A stretch of DNA of 64,000 nucleotides from Eledone cirrhosa (GCA_964016885.1 OZ024740.1:133114001-133178000), one strand, 5' to 3'. Counted from the first letter of the stretch, positions 12,817-26,700 are shown. Translations and numbers: made by a program. Notes: generated by a model not told the origin, from the sequence alone.

Positions 12817-14205
12817 GTGTCCTATTCCTCACCCAGCATGGCCTTCCTCCGAATAGACAGCATAAACGCATGTGGTCTGCGGTCGTCATGGAAGCAGGAT
12901 CACTTGCTCAACGACCTCAGGTCAATGAACACAGATGTAGTGACCATCAGCGAGACCAGAATTTCCGAAGCACGAACCTTCGAACCTTCGAACCGATCTT
13001 CGGCGGCTACGCATCTCCCAGCCACCCGGGAGTGAGGAGGCGGAGTTGTTGTGCTTTTTCGGAGAGGCTCTGATCTCGCAATACGGGCCACCTTACTTGA
13101 CCCAGAAGGCACGTTAGTGGTGCTGGACGTGACCAGTAGCGAAGGCAATACTTTGAGGCTAGTAGCTGTAGACGCCCCAACAGAAAGCAGGACGGCCAGA
13201 TTTCTTCAGACGTCTAGAGACACTTCTGGGAATGTCCCACTCTTTAGTGTTAGTGGGCGACTGAAACGGTGTCATAGATGCACGCTAGGATTATGTCAGA
13301 CAGTTGAAAACGTAGATAAGGGAGGAGGGTGTAAAAACCTCACTAACCTGCTTAGACGTGTTCAACTGTCTGACAGGTATCGACTGGATTATCCAAATGT
13401 GCCTATGTGGACATGGGCAAACTGCATCGGATCATCCAGATCGTATCTAGATAGGCTATTCTGTAGGGAAACAGATAAGGCTAGTGTAGGTTGTCCACAA
13501 TTTAAAGTAGCCGACTACATGGACCACATATTTGTGATCTGTGAAGTCGACTCAGATACACTTCATAGGCAAGGACCCGGTTACTGGAAGCTGAACGCGT
13601 TGTTCCCGGTGCAGAAAGCTTACATAGAGAAGATAAACGAATTAGTTAAGCGTGCATTGACGGGTGCGATCGTCAACAACAGGTGGTGTTTTACTATTTA
13701 AAAGGGTAATTAGAGTAGAATCGATAAGGTTTAGCAAATCAGTAGCAATAGTGGAAAATAGAGTAGAGGGAGAGCTATTTAGAAAGCTAGAAGAGGCGTT
13801 TAGGACTAAAACGGGCGCATGTTACTCGAACCCGAGCAGATGTATGAGGATTTTCAGCAGCACTTTGCTCAACTGTTTGGGATGAACTTCAGTACCGATG
13901 GATTGCCGCAGCTCTCGACGACCGCGGCGCAGTATTGCGAAAGGCCGATAACAACAGGTGAAATACGGGTCTGAAAGCATGAGGTTCGGATGGACTGCCC
14001 TACGAGTTTTATGCGTACATGCCAGACTTGTTCAGTGACCTCTTCGCAGATGTCTACTGCAACAAGCAGCAGAACGGGAGCATTCCCGTTTTATTAGCCG
14101 GGGAGAAGTGGCGTTGTTAAGAAAAGACCCGAACAAGGGGGACGTTATAGACAGCTTCAGGCCCATATCTCTGAGTCCAAGATTTTGGCCAAGGTGTTGC
14201 GACAA
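12817..14205 (+). mobile_element. Tx1-clade ORF2 fragment (APE endonuclease to start of RT), internally deleted
   Basis: IN.CGLRSSWKQ, ISETR, SYLDR, MDH, GPGYWKLN, G.DGLPYEFY; homologous to 41.0-42.5 kb. Confidence 0.88.
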
Positions 14206-16720
14206 GATAAGCAAGAGAATTTTGGCAACTGCACCCTCAAAGTGACCCAAACACTGCGATTGGTGCGGATGCCAGTACAAACTTATAAAGATATTAGGGA
14301 GAGCTTTTCTGACGAAGTGGGAACCCCTAATCTAAAAGCCACGAGTAGGCTCCTAAAAGGGTACCCAGACGAAACCCCACCAACCATAGAGGTCAAACCA
14401 TCCGACCTCCACAAGACTCCGGTGGGTAAGTAAACCTTTCCTCTCTCATTTAGCCTACCAACATAGCCATATTAAGAGGAGGATGTTTAAATGTTCGTGG
14501 CCTGGGGTCATCCTGGAAGCAGGGTCACCTGCTCAATAACCTCAGGTCTCGAGAAATGGATGTAATTGCCGTCAGCGAGACCAGTATTTCCTACACGCTG
14601 CTGGCCGTCTACGCCCCTACCGGGACCGGATGACCGGATTTCTTGAGGCGTCTGGGAGCCTTTCTGGGTACGTCTCGCCCTTTACTGTTAGCAGGGGACT
14701 GGAACGGCATCTTAGACGCACGCTGGTATTGTGTAGGAGTAGCTGATAGGACCGGGGGGGGGGGGGGGGGGCAACAGCCTCAAGTACCTGATCAAACAGT
14801 TCCAACTGCTGACAGGTACCGACTAGATTTCACGAATGCGCCAGTGTAACCTGGACAAACCATTTAGGGACATCTAGATCGTATTTAGATAGGTTTCTAA
14901 TTAGATTAGTGGATAAAGATAGTATAGGGTGCCCACAATTACATACGGTCGCCTATTCAGACCACAAGTTTCTGATCTATATTGTCGACCTAGATAAGAC
15001 CCGTAGGTTAGGACCTGGTTACTGGAAGCTGAACATGTTGTTTTCGGCACGTGAGGCTTACAGGAAACGGGCCAACAATTTAGTTAAGCAGCAGTTGACG
15101 GGGAAATCGTCATAAATAGATGGTGGAGGCGCTCTCAAAAGAGAGGTATTAGTAATTTCGTTAGAGTTTATCAAAGAAGTAGCGTTAAAGAAGAATAGAA
15201 AAGAGAGGGAGCTGACAAATAAGATAGACGAGGCTATTTGTAGTGGCATTGCAACTGATATACTAGCGGCTAAAATGGCATTAGACCATTTCTTCAATGC
15301 GAAACACGAGGGTTGCATTGTCAGAGCTAAGGCGCGTGCTCTGAGAAACGAGGGAACCAAAGCTGTTCGATGGGACCGCGTCTCAGAGGCGCAGCTGGTA
15401 ATAAAACCACAATTCTGTCTTTGACAGACCGAGACGTACGAGCTGAGCGATTCCAGCCGAAAATGGGAGGGCTTTCGCCAGCATTTTGTTCGGTTGTTCG
15501 GGGGAAGTGGTGTTTCAGAAATGGTGGCGGACTTCAATCCCTACCTCGATGTCTTGCCGCAACTCTCGACTGCCGATGCTGAGCACTGCGAAAGGCCGAT
15601 AATTTCAGCCGAAATTCAGGATGCCCTTGTCAGCTACACGAGGCGTAAGTAACCCAGTTTGGATGGTCTGCCCTAAGAGCTGTACGTGAATATGCCACAC
15701 TTGTTCTCCGATCTCCTCGAAGCGCTCTATTGCAACTGGCAGCAGAACGGGAGTATTCCCAGTTCTGTATTGACCCTGATAATGAAAGATGAGAACAAGA
15801 GGGACACATTAGATAAATTGAGGCCTACAATTCTGCTCAACGCAGAGTTTAAGATGTTGGCCAAGATGTTAGCGAAGAGGTTGGTGCTTGTCGGAAAAGT
15901 CGGTGGGCTTGCAACTCGGCACCTGGAGATACCGTCCAACAGCGTTGTTAGCCCCTGGCCGGACAGACCGGTAAAGTAGCTTGGGGTTTGTTTCGAGTAG
16001 ACCTCCAATTGGATAAGGATTGGAACGAGGTGACGAGCAGGCTAGTCGGTCTCACCCAGAAATGGGCTGCAAGGAATCTAACACTAAAAGGTCGGGTGGA
16101 GATAGCGAACGCGAACATTGAGTCCGTCATATACTACCGCCTGACCTTCGTCCCTTGCCCCCGTCGCGTGTAGAATGGATCTGGCTATCGGCTGAGTCCA
16201 TAGTGAAAATCGACCCACCACCTTCTTTTGGCCAGGAAGGGGAGGAAATTTTCCTCTGTCTGGTGGCAGTAGTGAAAGAGGTTGTATGGTGGGCCAGACT
16301 GAAAACAGACAATTTTCTTTCGGCCAATCCCTCATCAACTTTTTCAAATTTCATTTCGAAAGGAAGATGAGGGTGGAGAGAGAAGTGCTGCGCCCCATTT
16401 GCTGAAAGGTGGCTGATTGTGGCGAGAATGGCCCGTGTGAGTGGGCCTACTCTGATCATGCGCCAGTTGGCTGCTGTATTTGAGGGCTATAGGGGTGCCC
16501 TTCCCTGGTGCCCTCGAAGCGTGGGGTGGTTCATGATTGGTGAGGTACCTGAATCACTCTGGGTGGTTATCCCCACCGATTGGGGAATTCTCGTTGTATT
16601 TTTCTTGTTATTTTGTTATTGTTATTTATATTTTTACACGTTTTATATGCACCCCCCTCTTGTCCATGCCTAGTGTATCGTCTCCTATATGTCGCCCCTT
16701 TTGACCAAAAAATGAAACTA
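14206..16720 (+). mobile_element. Tx1-clade element (ORF1 end plus multiply deleted ORF2 and 3' UTR)
   Basis: NVRGLG..WKQG, GDWN, YSDHK, GPGYWKLN, RPTILLNAEFK, LTLKGR. RT core deleted at about 15895. Ends GCCCCTTTTGACCAAAAAATGAAAC-TATTATT. Confidence 0.88.
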
Positions 16721-16779
16721 TTATTCTCCTCATCCTCCTTCTTCCTCATCCTCTTCATCTTCTTCTGCCAACACCAGCA

Positions 16780-16876
16780 CCACCACAAACAACAACAACG
16801 ACACTACCACTACTACTACTACTACTATTACCACCACCACAACCACCACTACCTCTACAAATACTACTAATGTTAC

Positions 16877-16912
<36 letters not shown>

Positions 16913-16939
16913 CACTACCGCCACAAATACTACTAATGT

Positions 16940-16987
<48 letters not shown>

Positions 16988-17320
16988 CACCACTACCTCC
17001 ACAAATACTACTAATGTTACTACTACTACTACTACCACCACCACCACCACAACCACCACTACCTCCACAAATACTACTAATGTTACTACTACTACTATCA
17101 CCACCACCACCACTACCTCCGCAACTACTACTAATGTTACTGCTACTACTACTACTACTACCACCACCACCGCCACTACCTCTACAACTACTACTAATGT
17201 TACTACTACTACTACTACTACTACTATTACTACTACCACCACCACCACCACTACTTCCACAACTACTACTAATGTTACTGCTACTATTACTACTACTTCT
17301 ACTACTACTACGACGACGAC
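16780..17320. repeat. Higher-order minisatellite built from (ACT)n/(ACC)n blocks
   Basis: About 8 units of CACAAATACTACTAATGTT(ACT)n(ACC)nACTACCT with variable block lengths. Confidence 0.9.
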
Positions 17321-17399
17321 TTTGCAAAGGGATTGTCGACTATGTCGGGGGATGCAGCCCCATTACTAAAAATATATCAGCGATGAAAAAGCAATAAAT

Positions 17400-19745
17400 A
17401 ATTAAAAATACATACAAAGAGGAAAAACAAATAAGTGAAATAGAAATACAGAGGGCAAAAATATAAACATACAATGCGTAAATCATAAAGATATCTTAGA
17501 ACATACAAATGAAATAATAATTATAAAATTCAATATCATACCCAAGAGTGTCTGCGGAATACTGACAAATAATACCCAAATCGGAACTACAAAACGAAAA
17601 TATGAACAAAAGTGAATACTTGAAAGATTTAAGAACAGAAAATTGTATAAATGAAAATATTGAATATGCCAATATTCTAAAGGTGGAAATAGTTCACCGA
17701 ATTAAAGTCGATAGAAGATAACAGTATGAACCTACGAAAGATACTCCTAAAATAACATGTAACGCTAAAGTATCAACAATGATAAAGAAATCTATACTGA
17801 AATGAAAATAATCTTAGAGCTTGGAAACAAATATCTATAAAGATCTAAACCAATCAAAGTACATAGGAAACAAAATAAATATAAGGTGATTAAGAAAATA
17901 AAAATACCCTAATCTTAATCAAATAAATTACAAAAATACAATGTAAAAACAAAAATGCGGCAACCAATAAGAAGTACGCAAGACAATTAGAAGTACACAA
18001 AACCAAAGAAAAACCTAAAGCAAGAGATTTTCGCTCAACCACAAACCTGTTGTTATTATAAAATACTGCAATTATTTCGTTAAAACAAGCAGGTCGACTC
18101 CAATGTAAAACAATAAAAACAATGAGCCTTTAAATCCAAAGGGAAATCAATGCACTGTAAACGGTATGAAGAATATATTTGGAATTGGGTACGTTCAGAA
18201 CTTGAATAACCGCGAACAATAATGTAAAACAAAAGCAAGTGACACATCTGAACAATCGGTAGAGGGTAGAATGTTGCTGAGATGCGAAATAAAAAAAAAT
18301 AAAAATGAAAACCCGAAGAAATGTATAAAAACTCGAAAATGAAACCCATTTGATTTTAGTTAAATAGTAGTGCTATTCCAGTTACTAAATTAAGGGGCAA
18401 TATATCTAGAAAGGAAAAACATGGAAGACGAAGGATTTGCGTAGATTCACAAATCTCTTATATATGTAAAATATTGGTGTTATACACCAGAAGTCTCCAC
18501 TGCCAGTGGTACGACCGCAAACATATCGGAAAGCGAATCCTCAGCCCGACGTGCAGTACAACCTGGGTCAGTCGGAGACTGCACCAGGTTGCGGCTGCAG
18601 AAAATTTCGTTGCAAGTGGCATCCCAGAGGAGGGGTTTGCCACCACGGAACGGGAAGATGGTCATGCCATGTGGCCTTTTGCCGTACCCTCGATCCAGCC
18701 CCACCGGCTCGATTTGGGAAGGGAAGCCTGCAGCATCCAAGCCATGTTTTAATGACCTCGTTGAGGGCAGCATGGTGGGGAATGCGGCCGGCACTGTGGC
18801 GACAGGAAAGCGAGTGGAGGCCGAAAGAGTCCACCGTAGATTGATTATGATAATGTTTTTGGCATTATCATAATCAATCTACGTAGATTCATTATGATAA
18901 TGATTGCGTAGATTGATTATGATAATGTTTTGGGCAAGTTTCTTTTTAAGAATTACCCCTGGCCGATGTAACATTGGAACAAAGTAGATATATCAAGCAT
19001 ACCTTGAAAACATAACAAGCTTCTTGCAATTATAAAAAAAAACAGGAATTATTTAAAAAAGATTCATCTCTATTAGAAGTGTTATATTCTAAGTTAACGC
19101 CGTGCTTGCTATTAATCCATTTAACTAACAGAACATAATTTTTTAAAAGGCTTTGCCAAAACATTAATCTATTTATTTTGTGTATATATAGATGGACTAC
19201 ACTGTTCCTTATGGGACTCGTCATCAGTAGAAGTGATGTGCAATCGCACCAAAACAATTCTAAATAGATGAAAAGTAATAAATATAAATGATTTCGAAAT
19301 AACACAAGTTTATGGAAACTTAGAAATAAATGAAAGGCATAATTAGTAGGATTAAATACTCGATCTGATATTGTAATAGATAATAATTATACTACAGCCA
19401 ACTGAAAACTAATGGAATAGACAAAATGACATGAGGTATGTTTTCATCATTCAAAAGCCTGCAGATATATGTTTGTCACAAATACAGAAATAAATATTTA
19501 ACAATAATGCAAGATCTACATCTTTCCGACAAAATATCTTGTCAAGAGTAATTGGGCACTACTGTGGGAAACCGTAATATAATTATCCATCAATCCTTAA
19601 AAACCAAACTGAAACGTGAATTACGAAACATACTGAGACTTTTGCCAGAAATGGTGGCTATAACAGACATGACTAAACAATTGATAAAGAACGAGGATAA
19701 AAAAAAGAATTACCTCTGGCTACAAATATTGGACGTAGAGGTGAT
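17400..19745 (+). pseudogene. Possible very old Gypsy-like gag-pro-RT relic, interrupted at 18448-18903
   Basis: Purine-rich coding-like composition; weak protease-like xxNSSAI near 18355; LGTTV...RELRNILRL (19552-19640) resembles the RT thumb pattern LGH...ELRSFLGL. Confidence 0.25.
18477..18836 (-). mobile_element. CRE-like RLE non-LTR retrotransposon 3' fragment
   Basis: GLHSLSC....GRIPHHAALN, EPVGLDRGYGKRPHGMT, GKPLLWDATC, PLAVETSG; probable TSD TTGCGTAGATT (18437-18447 and 18904-18914). Confidence 0.8.
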
Positions 19746-19752
19746 ACTAATA

Positions 19753-19848
19753 ATTGTTTCTGCTTTTGACACAAGGCCAGCAATTACCCAGTGAATTGCT
19801 GGTGCTTTATTTTATCGACCCCAGTAAGGATGAAAGGCAAAGTTAACC
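19753..19848 (-). mobile_element. 5'-truncated SINE
   Basis: Core plus tail; CTAATAAT on both sides. Confidence 0.85.
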
Positions 19849-19989
19849 TAATAATGTTTTCATTGTTGCACAAAACAACATAGTCAGTACCGCAACTACG
19901 AAAAGGCACACATTGTAGCAGATTTTTAAAGATAACTGTAGAATAAACTTATGTTGGAACCAATTAATCAATCACATTGTTTATGGTAT

Positions 19990-20610
19990 TAAATAGGTAT
20001 ATGTCTCCCACTATGAATAAGCAAGAAGGAAAGGTTTGTGCGTGAAAACGGCGAAGATTTCTTACAGAAGAACGCTACTAATATTATTAAAAAAATGAAA
20101 TAGTTCGCATAGACATATCTTTGGATTTGATTAAAGTTTTTTTGGGGGTGGTGTCTGGCATGAATTGACCTCTCCTCATCACGTAAGATGTCTTCATGCA
20201 CAACATTTCTGATTGTTTTTTCTGACACACTACAATTTTTTGCAATTGACCTCATTGATGTTCCTGGATTGTCATCAATGTTTTGCTTAATTTCCTGAAT
20301 AAATTCAGATGTCCTGATAGAATCAGATTGTTTTGAATGTTTTTAACGTTTTGATACAGGTAATACGCTTCCATCTTCTTTCTCTAACTCACACCGTATC
20401 TTGTGTACAAAAGATCTTGCAACTTTCAGAAAACGAGACATTTCTAAATCACTATGCTTAGTCTTCAAAGCCACGATCACAACATGCCTTTTCATTAGTA
20501 AGCATAGTTATTTTCATAGTTATTTTCTGAAAAAGAAGTTCAATAAAGATTAGTCAAATTAAATAATGACTAAAAATGCATGTGTCCTCAAATACCGTCC
20601 GCAACCAGTA
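19990..20610 (-). mobile_element. Tc1/mariner-superfamily transposase N-terminal relic
   Basis: KRHVVIVAL...SRFLKVARSFVHKIR...IRTSEFIQEIKQNIDDNPGTSMRSIAKNCSVSEKTIRNVVHEDI; catalytic part deleted. Confidence 0.75.
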
Positions 20611-21859
20611 TGTAACATCGCAGAAGTATTATTACCTCAAAAAGATGGCAAGTTGGGTTTTCGGGCTATATGAACCACCAAATTTTATCATTACGCGAAG
20701 ACTATTTCAGAAACCTATCATCTACATATTTTCCTTCTCAATTACATTTTAACAGAAATTAAATGTCTGGTAGTGGTTTGATTGAATACTAGAAAAAGAA
20801 AATTACATCAAAATTTTAATACGTACATGTAATCCGTGTTTCTATTTTGTCACTAAAAGGAAAAAATGAGTTACGGGAAGGAAAACATTGTACAGGGTAA
20901 ATTGAAGCTTAATTTATTTTATTTATTGATGCAAATATTTGTGACACTTCCTAGGTTCCTCTACAATGGTAATCTCAATTGTAGACAGGACTAGTTACTT
21001 GGAGATGAAAGTTCTTTCATAAACTACTAAACAATATATAAAAGATAAAGAAAACCGGCAAATAAGCATAAAAAGTGGTAGTGTATGAATGAGTGTGATG
21101 AATCTGCTGCGTTAGTTTTAACGTTCATTGCATGGTATTGAATATATTAATAACATATTAAAAATAAATTAAAGGAAATGAAAGCAATCGGCCACATTAA
21201 ACTTGGTTAATAGTTAAATACTGGTTCGTTTATTTCTTTGTTTTGCATTTTAATTTTAGAAGAATATACAGTAGCCGATGTATACTGGCATAGACAATCT
21301 TTATAATGTTTAAGCATTCATGTTCGATTTCACAAACATATATAACCGATTTTAACCACGCACATACACTCACACTCACCCCCACCCCCACCCCCCAAAC
21401 ACACACACACACATACACACATACACGCACACACACACACATATATATATATGAATCAATTTAATCATAAATATGACTAGATTTATGTAAACACACGTTC
21501 GTGTCTCTCTCTCTCTCTCACTCTCTATCTCTCTCTATATATATACATATACACACATATATGTATGTGTGTGTGCGTGTTTCTGTGAGTATGTGTATGT
21601 GCGTGTGCGCATCAGTTATTACGAGATATAGAGTTAATTATTTGTATAATATAACCATTACAATGTATGGTAGAAACAAATGAGTGAAAACAGAAATAAA
21701 ATAACGTACACAAAAACAGAAAATATTCATTATACACTTACACCTTAAACTTCGACAGTTGGGGGTCTAAATGATATATGCGGGAGCCGAGTTGATCTAA
21801 TTTACGTAGATACATAGTGCCAAAGCGGTTAGTACTATACGTAGACAGGCTTTAATATA

Positions 21860-22050
21860 ATTGTTTCCACTTTTGACACAAGGCCAGTAATTAACCAGGT
21901 CATTACTGGTACTGCATTAATATAATGATGAAATTTACGTTGTGAGTTCAACAACCACTGAGATCAACTTTGTCTTTTACCCTCCCAGAGTTGATAAAAG
22001 AAAGTACCAGTAGTGTACTGTGTAGATGTAATTGATTTCCCCTTCCGCAA
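21860..22050. mobile_element. Two SINE fragments in opposite orientations
   Basis: Tail on minus (21860-21912) and older-type core on plus (21935-22050). Confidence 0.7.
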
Positions 22051-22226
22051 AATTGTGATAGATAAATTGTGATAGCGAATCAATTTAATGCTGTTCGCGT
22101 TTATTGTTAACAGAGGGCTTTAGTTTATATATGATAAGTGTATTTTAATTCTTAAATGTCTGATGATTTATGCAATTCCTTCGATGTTGATTTTGAGATT
22201 TTGACTGTGACATTTTTGTAGATGTA

Positions 22227-22845
22227 TCATAATAAAAGAAGTCCTAATGAAGACGATAACTTTAATCCGGATGCATGATTGACGAAAAGTGCTTGCAAGT
22301 TAGGATCCGTTACAGAAAACCCCTCCTCATTCCATCTTATCACATTCCATGTTGTAACGTCATGCGCATATCTTATGTAGAGATCGTCATATATTATGAC
22401 ACTATCATTTGATCTCGCCAATATTCAAGTGAGGTGATGAGATCTGAGTTTAGAATTGTACAGGACAAATTTATGATGATATTATCTGAAAGTATATAAC
22501 ATCACTCGCATATATTTCGCATCATTAATCTAAATTATATTGTTTTGTGTACTACATAAATGCAAAGACACACACAAGGCGCACACATACACACGCACAT
22601 ACACACACATACACACACATACACACACACGAACACACAAACACACAAATACACACTCACAAACCTGCTTTCAAAATTGCATACATACCTACATACTTCA
22701 TGATCATCAACATCATCCACCAACCATTTTCTCCGATAGCAAGGCTTAGACGGGAGACTGCATCTATATTTCAAGCAATCACATGATCTACTGATGCATT
22801 TTACTATGGTACCAACACAAGGGAGGTTGTCATATTCGGAAATAT
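22227..22845 (-). pseudogene. Two candidate decayed exons (about 22697-22840 and 22227-22443), weakly FAM151/menorin-like, ending in a GPI-signal-like tail
   Basis: Donor GAA|GTATGT near 22696 and acceptor CTCAG| near 22444; SRLSLAI and VIIYDD; C-terminal NHASGLKLSSSLGLLLL; frameshifts are needed to join the motifs. Confidence 0.35.
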
Positions 22846-22990
22846 ATGTGAAGGATAGGTATAATTCCAACAATAGCAGGGTTGTAGTGTCTTCTTAGAT
22901 GCTGAAATTCGTATGTATCGACGTACTGAGGCACAAATAACGTTGTTTATTTGAGGAAACATACACATACACAGACATATATATATATAA
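22840..22990 (+). repeat. About 150-bp segment duplicated at 53535-53692
   Basis: ATATATGTGAAGGATAGG...AATAGCAGGGTTGTAGT...GAGGCACAAATAACGTTGTTTATTTGAGGAAACATAC occurs at both loci. Confidence 0.9.
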
Positions 22991-23037
22991 ACATTGACAC
23001 ACAAAACAAAATTAGTTTACATTATATTTTCTATGCA

Positions 23038-23224
23038 GGGCGGTGGATTGGCAGTATCGGTAGAGGGTCGGACGCCATGCTTTGACGCATAGAGTTACGT
23101 CCCTTGCCATTCTGACTTCAAATCCTGCCGAGGTTAACTTTGCCTTTCATCCATACGGGGTCTATAAAATAAAGTACCAGTAATACACTGGGTATTTGGT
23201 GCCCTTGTGCCAAAAGTAGAAACA
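23038..23224 (+). mobile_element. Full-length tRNA-derived SINE
   Basis: Starts GGGCGGTGGATTGGCAGTATCGGTAG; 17-bp TSD ATTATATTTTCTATGCA (23021-23037, 23225-23241). Confidence 0.93.
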
Positions 23225-23308
23225 ATTATATTTTCTATGCATACGCAGATATGTGTATAATTATTATTATATATCTCTGTCTTTATTCCTCTCCCTTTCT
23301 CTCCCTCA

Positions 23309-23365
<57 letters not shown>

Positions 23366-23509
23366 CAAGCTATTTAAACGTATGTTATTACTCTGAGGTC
23401 CTATCTTATCGAGTGCTTTGCTAACTCATCATTTCATATAAGTAGGCCGAATTTACTTGCAAACCGCCAGAGATTCGATTTTACTGATTTCCAATTATAT
23501 ATATATATA

Positions 23510-23641
23510 TAGGAAAAGTGTCAGGACCCCGACGGCTGAACTCTGGCCGTTTTGGCAGCTAGATCCGAAATAACCCACCAGTGTACTCTGGGTACGTATG
23601 GTCCACCTGGTTCCTGACCACACTTTCTTTGTTATTCTCCC
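23510..23641 (+). mobile_element. Short (TA)n-inserted element, family P1 (other copies 30705-30865, 52672-52830, 54530-54636); probable Penelope-like terminus
   Basis: Shared GACCCCGACGGCTGA...GCCGTTTCG segment and GGTCCACCTGGTTCCT.ACCAC tail; TA tracts on both sides. Confidence 0.75.
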
Positions 23642-23679
23642 TATATATATATATATATACACACACATATAAATATATG

Positions 23680-23731
<52 letters not shown>

Positions 23732-23752
23732 TAGATAGATAGATAGATAGAT

Positions 23753-26700
23753 CAATTTCTTTATTAGCCACGAGGGCACAAAAGAAGGGGACACATACAA
23801 ATGAGGAGTTTACATGTAGGTATATGAAAATAAAACTATTAATAAAAATAACAAATAACAATTGAAATCCCAATAGGCGGGAGGCGTTACACAGGGTTGT
23901 ACACACCCCGAAAAAATGTAGTCCCCTCCACTCTTCCTCTTTTTCCTCAACCTACAGGCTTATATAGAGAGGAGACCCAACTACTCGGGCCATCTTTGCC
24001 ACATTCACCGACCTTTTATAAAATTTGCTTGGGTACAACACCTCTGTCTCCATCCTGATTCTTCTTCCAAAATGATATTTGAAAAAACGAATCATTTTTT
24101 TGCCGGAGAGAGAGGTGTCTGACCTCAGCCCTTTTAACCTCGTCCACCATATAACCTCTTTCACCATGGCCATAACACATAGGAAAACCGCCTCTCCCTC
24201 GTTTTCGAAGGAGGGTGGCGATTTGATCATGACAATGGACTCGGTGGTCAACTGGATTGGACCTACCCGCGACAATAGTCGGTCTACATAGCCCCACAGT
24301 TCTGTAACTCCCGGAAAGTGTACAAATGCGTGCGCGACGGTTTCCCCGTCTCGCACGCATCTCGGAGAGATCTTTTTAGAAGGGTCCCTGTCCGGGCGCC
24401 CGTGTCTGTAGAGCTTGTCTCGAACTGGTAGAGCTCCTCGGTAGCACAGCCAGGCCAGGGACTTTTGGAAGTTGTCCATTGGTCCCGGGCGGAATGTCCT
24501 ACCGAACAGACTGGCTAGTTCGTCCACCTCTACGCCCAGAGTTTCTCCGAGCTCGTGTCGCACTTGCTGGGTAACAACCCTCTATAGAAAGACGAAGTGA
24601 AGTTTCCACTGATCGCCGGGTTCATTGGCCAGAAGACTGTGAGCGCGTGAGCACATTCGATGTGCCAGTCGCCCATTTTCATCGGTCTTTGCTTGACCAA
24701 GGACTGCAGCTCGGGCAGCGAGACGAGTCGTGGAAAGGATCGCCTCACGAACGGGGCCCACACCGGATGTCCGGTGAGGAATACGTAGAGATGAGGCCGC
24801 CTGAGCCCGTGTTTGCGCATCGTCAACCACGGCATCCCCAGCCCTCCGTTGGAAGGTTGTTGGCAGCAGATGGATCTTCTCACCAATGGAGCCCGCCCTT
24901 CCAAAGGAATTGGAAAAGCGCGCGCTCCATTTTGGTGAGCATTTTGGCTGGACAAGGCACTACGGTCAAGCGGTAGTAGATGACGGACGCTATAAAAGTG
25001 TTCGGCACCTCCTCTCAACCTTTCAAGGATAGTCTGCACTCGGCCCAGTTCTGGGTGAGTGCAAACACCTTGGCCGTCACCTCGTTCCAGTTCTTCTCCA
25101 CTTGGAGGTCCGGACCAAACCAGACCCCGAGCAGCTTTACCGGTCCTTCGTCCAGCTTCCGACGACGCCATCCGAAGGCATCGGTTTGCCTCACCACGAT
25201 CCGAGTTGCAAACCGATGGACTTGTCCCGGTTCAGCTTCGCTCTTGTGAACCTTTCGTATTCCTGCAGTAAGGTGCCGACTTCCTCGATTTGCGAGGTGC
25301 TAGACACCACTACTGAAACGTTGTCGGCGTTAGCCGACGCCGCTTGCCGCAGTCCCGGTTCCAGAGGGTTGCCCTGCAATAGCTCCAACTTCCGCAGTAG
25401 TGGCACGAGAGTCAGTACGTACACAAGGGAGGAGAGAGGGCATCTCTGTCGAATGGATCGCATGATATGGAAAGGCTCCGAGTGGAAGCCGTTCACCTTG
25501 ACCCTTGAGCACCACATCCAGGTAATGATGGTCAACCCTATCGAAAGCCTTAGACTGATTCAAGTTGATCAGGGCCCCACTGAAGCCGGGTTTACACCTA
25601 CCCTCTCTATGATATATCGCATGGGGTGGAGGTTGTCGTGTATGGACCTGGTCGGGATTGCGCATGTCTGCGCTTCTCCCACCAGGTTTTCAACGACAAG
25701 CGCCAGCCTCTTTGCCAACACCTTGGCCAAAATCTGTAACTCTGTGTTGAGCAGGGTTATGGGCCGGAAGCTGCCTATGTCATCCCCCTTATTCTCGTCC
25801 TTCCTGACTAACGTGATTATGCCCTTGGTCACAGAACTGGGAATTCTCCCGTTCTGCTGCCAGTTGCAGTAGACCGCTTGCAGGAGACCGGAGAACAAGT
25901 CCGGCATTGCTACGTAAAATTCGTAGGGTAGACCGTCGAGACCTGGAGAATGGCGTTTGCCGCATTGGCTCAGCGCGTCCCCTATCTCGGCGGCCGAAAT
26001 CGACCTTTCGCAGAACTTCGCCTCGCTGTCCGAGAGTCGCGGTAGGCCGTCGAGGTATGGACCGATATCCATAGCCCCTCCCGGCGGGCCGCCCTTCCCG
26101 AACAGTTGAGCAAAGTGCCGCTGAAAGGCCGCGCCCATTTGCTTCGGCTCACATATCACGCGTCCGTATTGTTCCTTCAAAGACCGAATCGTGGACTTGT
26201 TGCCACTTTTCGCTTCCGTCACTCGGTCCCAGCTAACAGCTTTGGCACCCTCGTTTCCCAGAGCACGTATGTTGCTTCTGACAATGCAGCGTTCATACTT
26301 TGCGTCGAAGAAATAGTCCAAGGCCGTTCTCGTCGCTAGCACGCTGACTACGATGCCACTCCTAAGTGCCCCTGCTACTTTATCTACCAGTTTGTTTTCG
26401 GTCTTATTTCTAAGTAACACTAATTCTTTACTAAAACCTATCGAGTCTAATCTAGCTGCTCTCTTCTAAGAGTACCACCATCTGTTGTTGACGATGGCCC
26501 CCTTCAAGTGCTGCTTAACTAAAGTGCTAATCCGTCTACTGTAGGCTTTGCATGTCGGTAGCGACAAGTTCACCTTCCAGTAGCCGTGTCCCTATCTATG
26601 GGTTTTGTCAAGGTTGACTAAGCAGGTCACTAATTTGTTATCTGAATAGGCAACCGTGAACATTTGTGGACAGCTTAACATGTCCCTATCCTTCTTTCTA

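Noticed and set aside
16730-17397. Long poly-Val, Gly/Ser and Leu/Pro ORFs
   Set aside because: By-products of stop-free triplet repeats; no non-repetitive coding context.
23038-23130. tRNA-like A and B boxes
   Set aside because: SINE head; no cloverleaf, and it continues into SINE core and tail.
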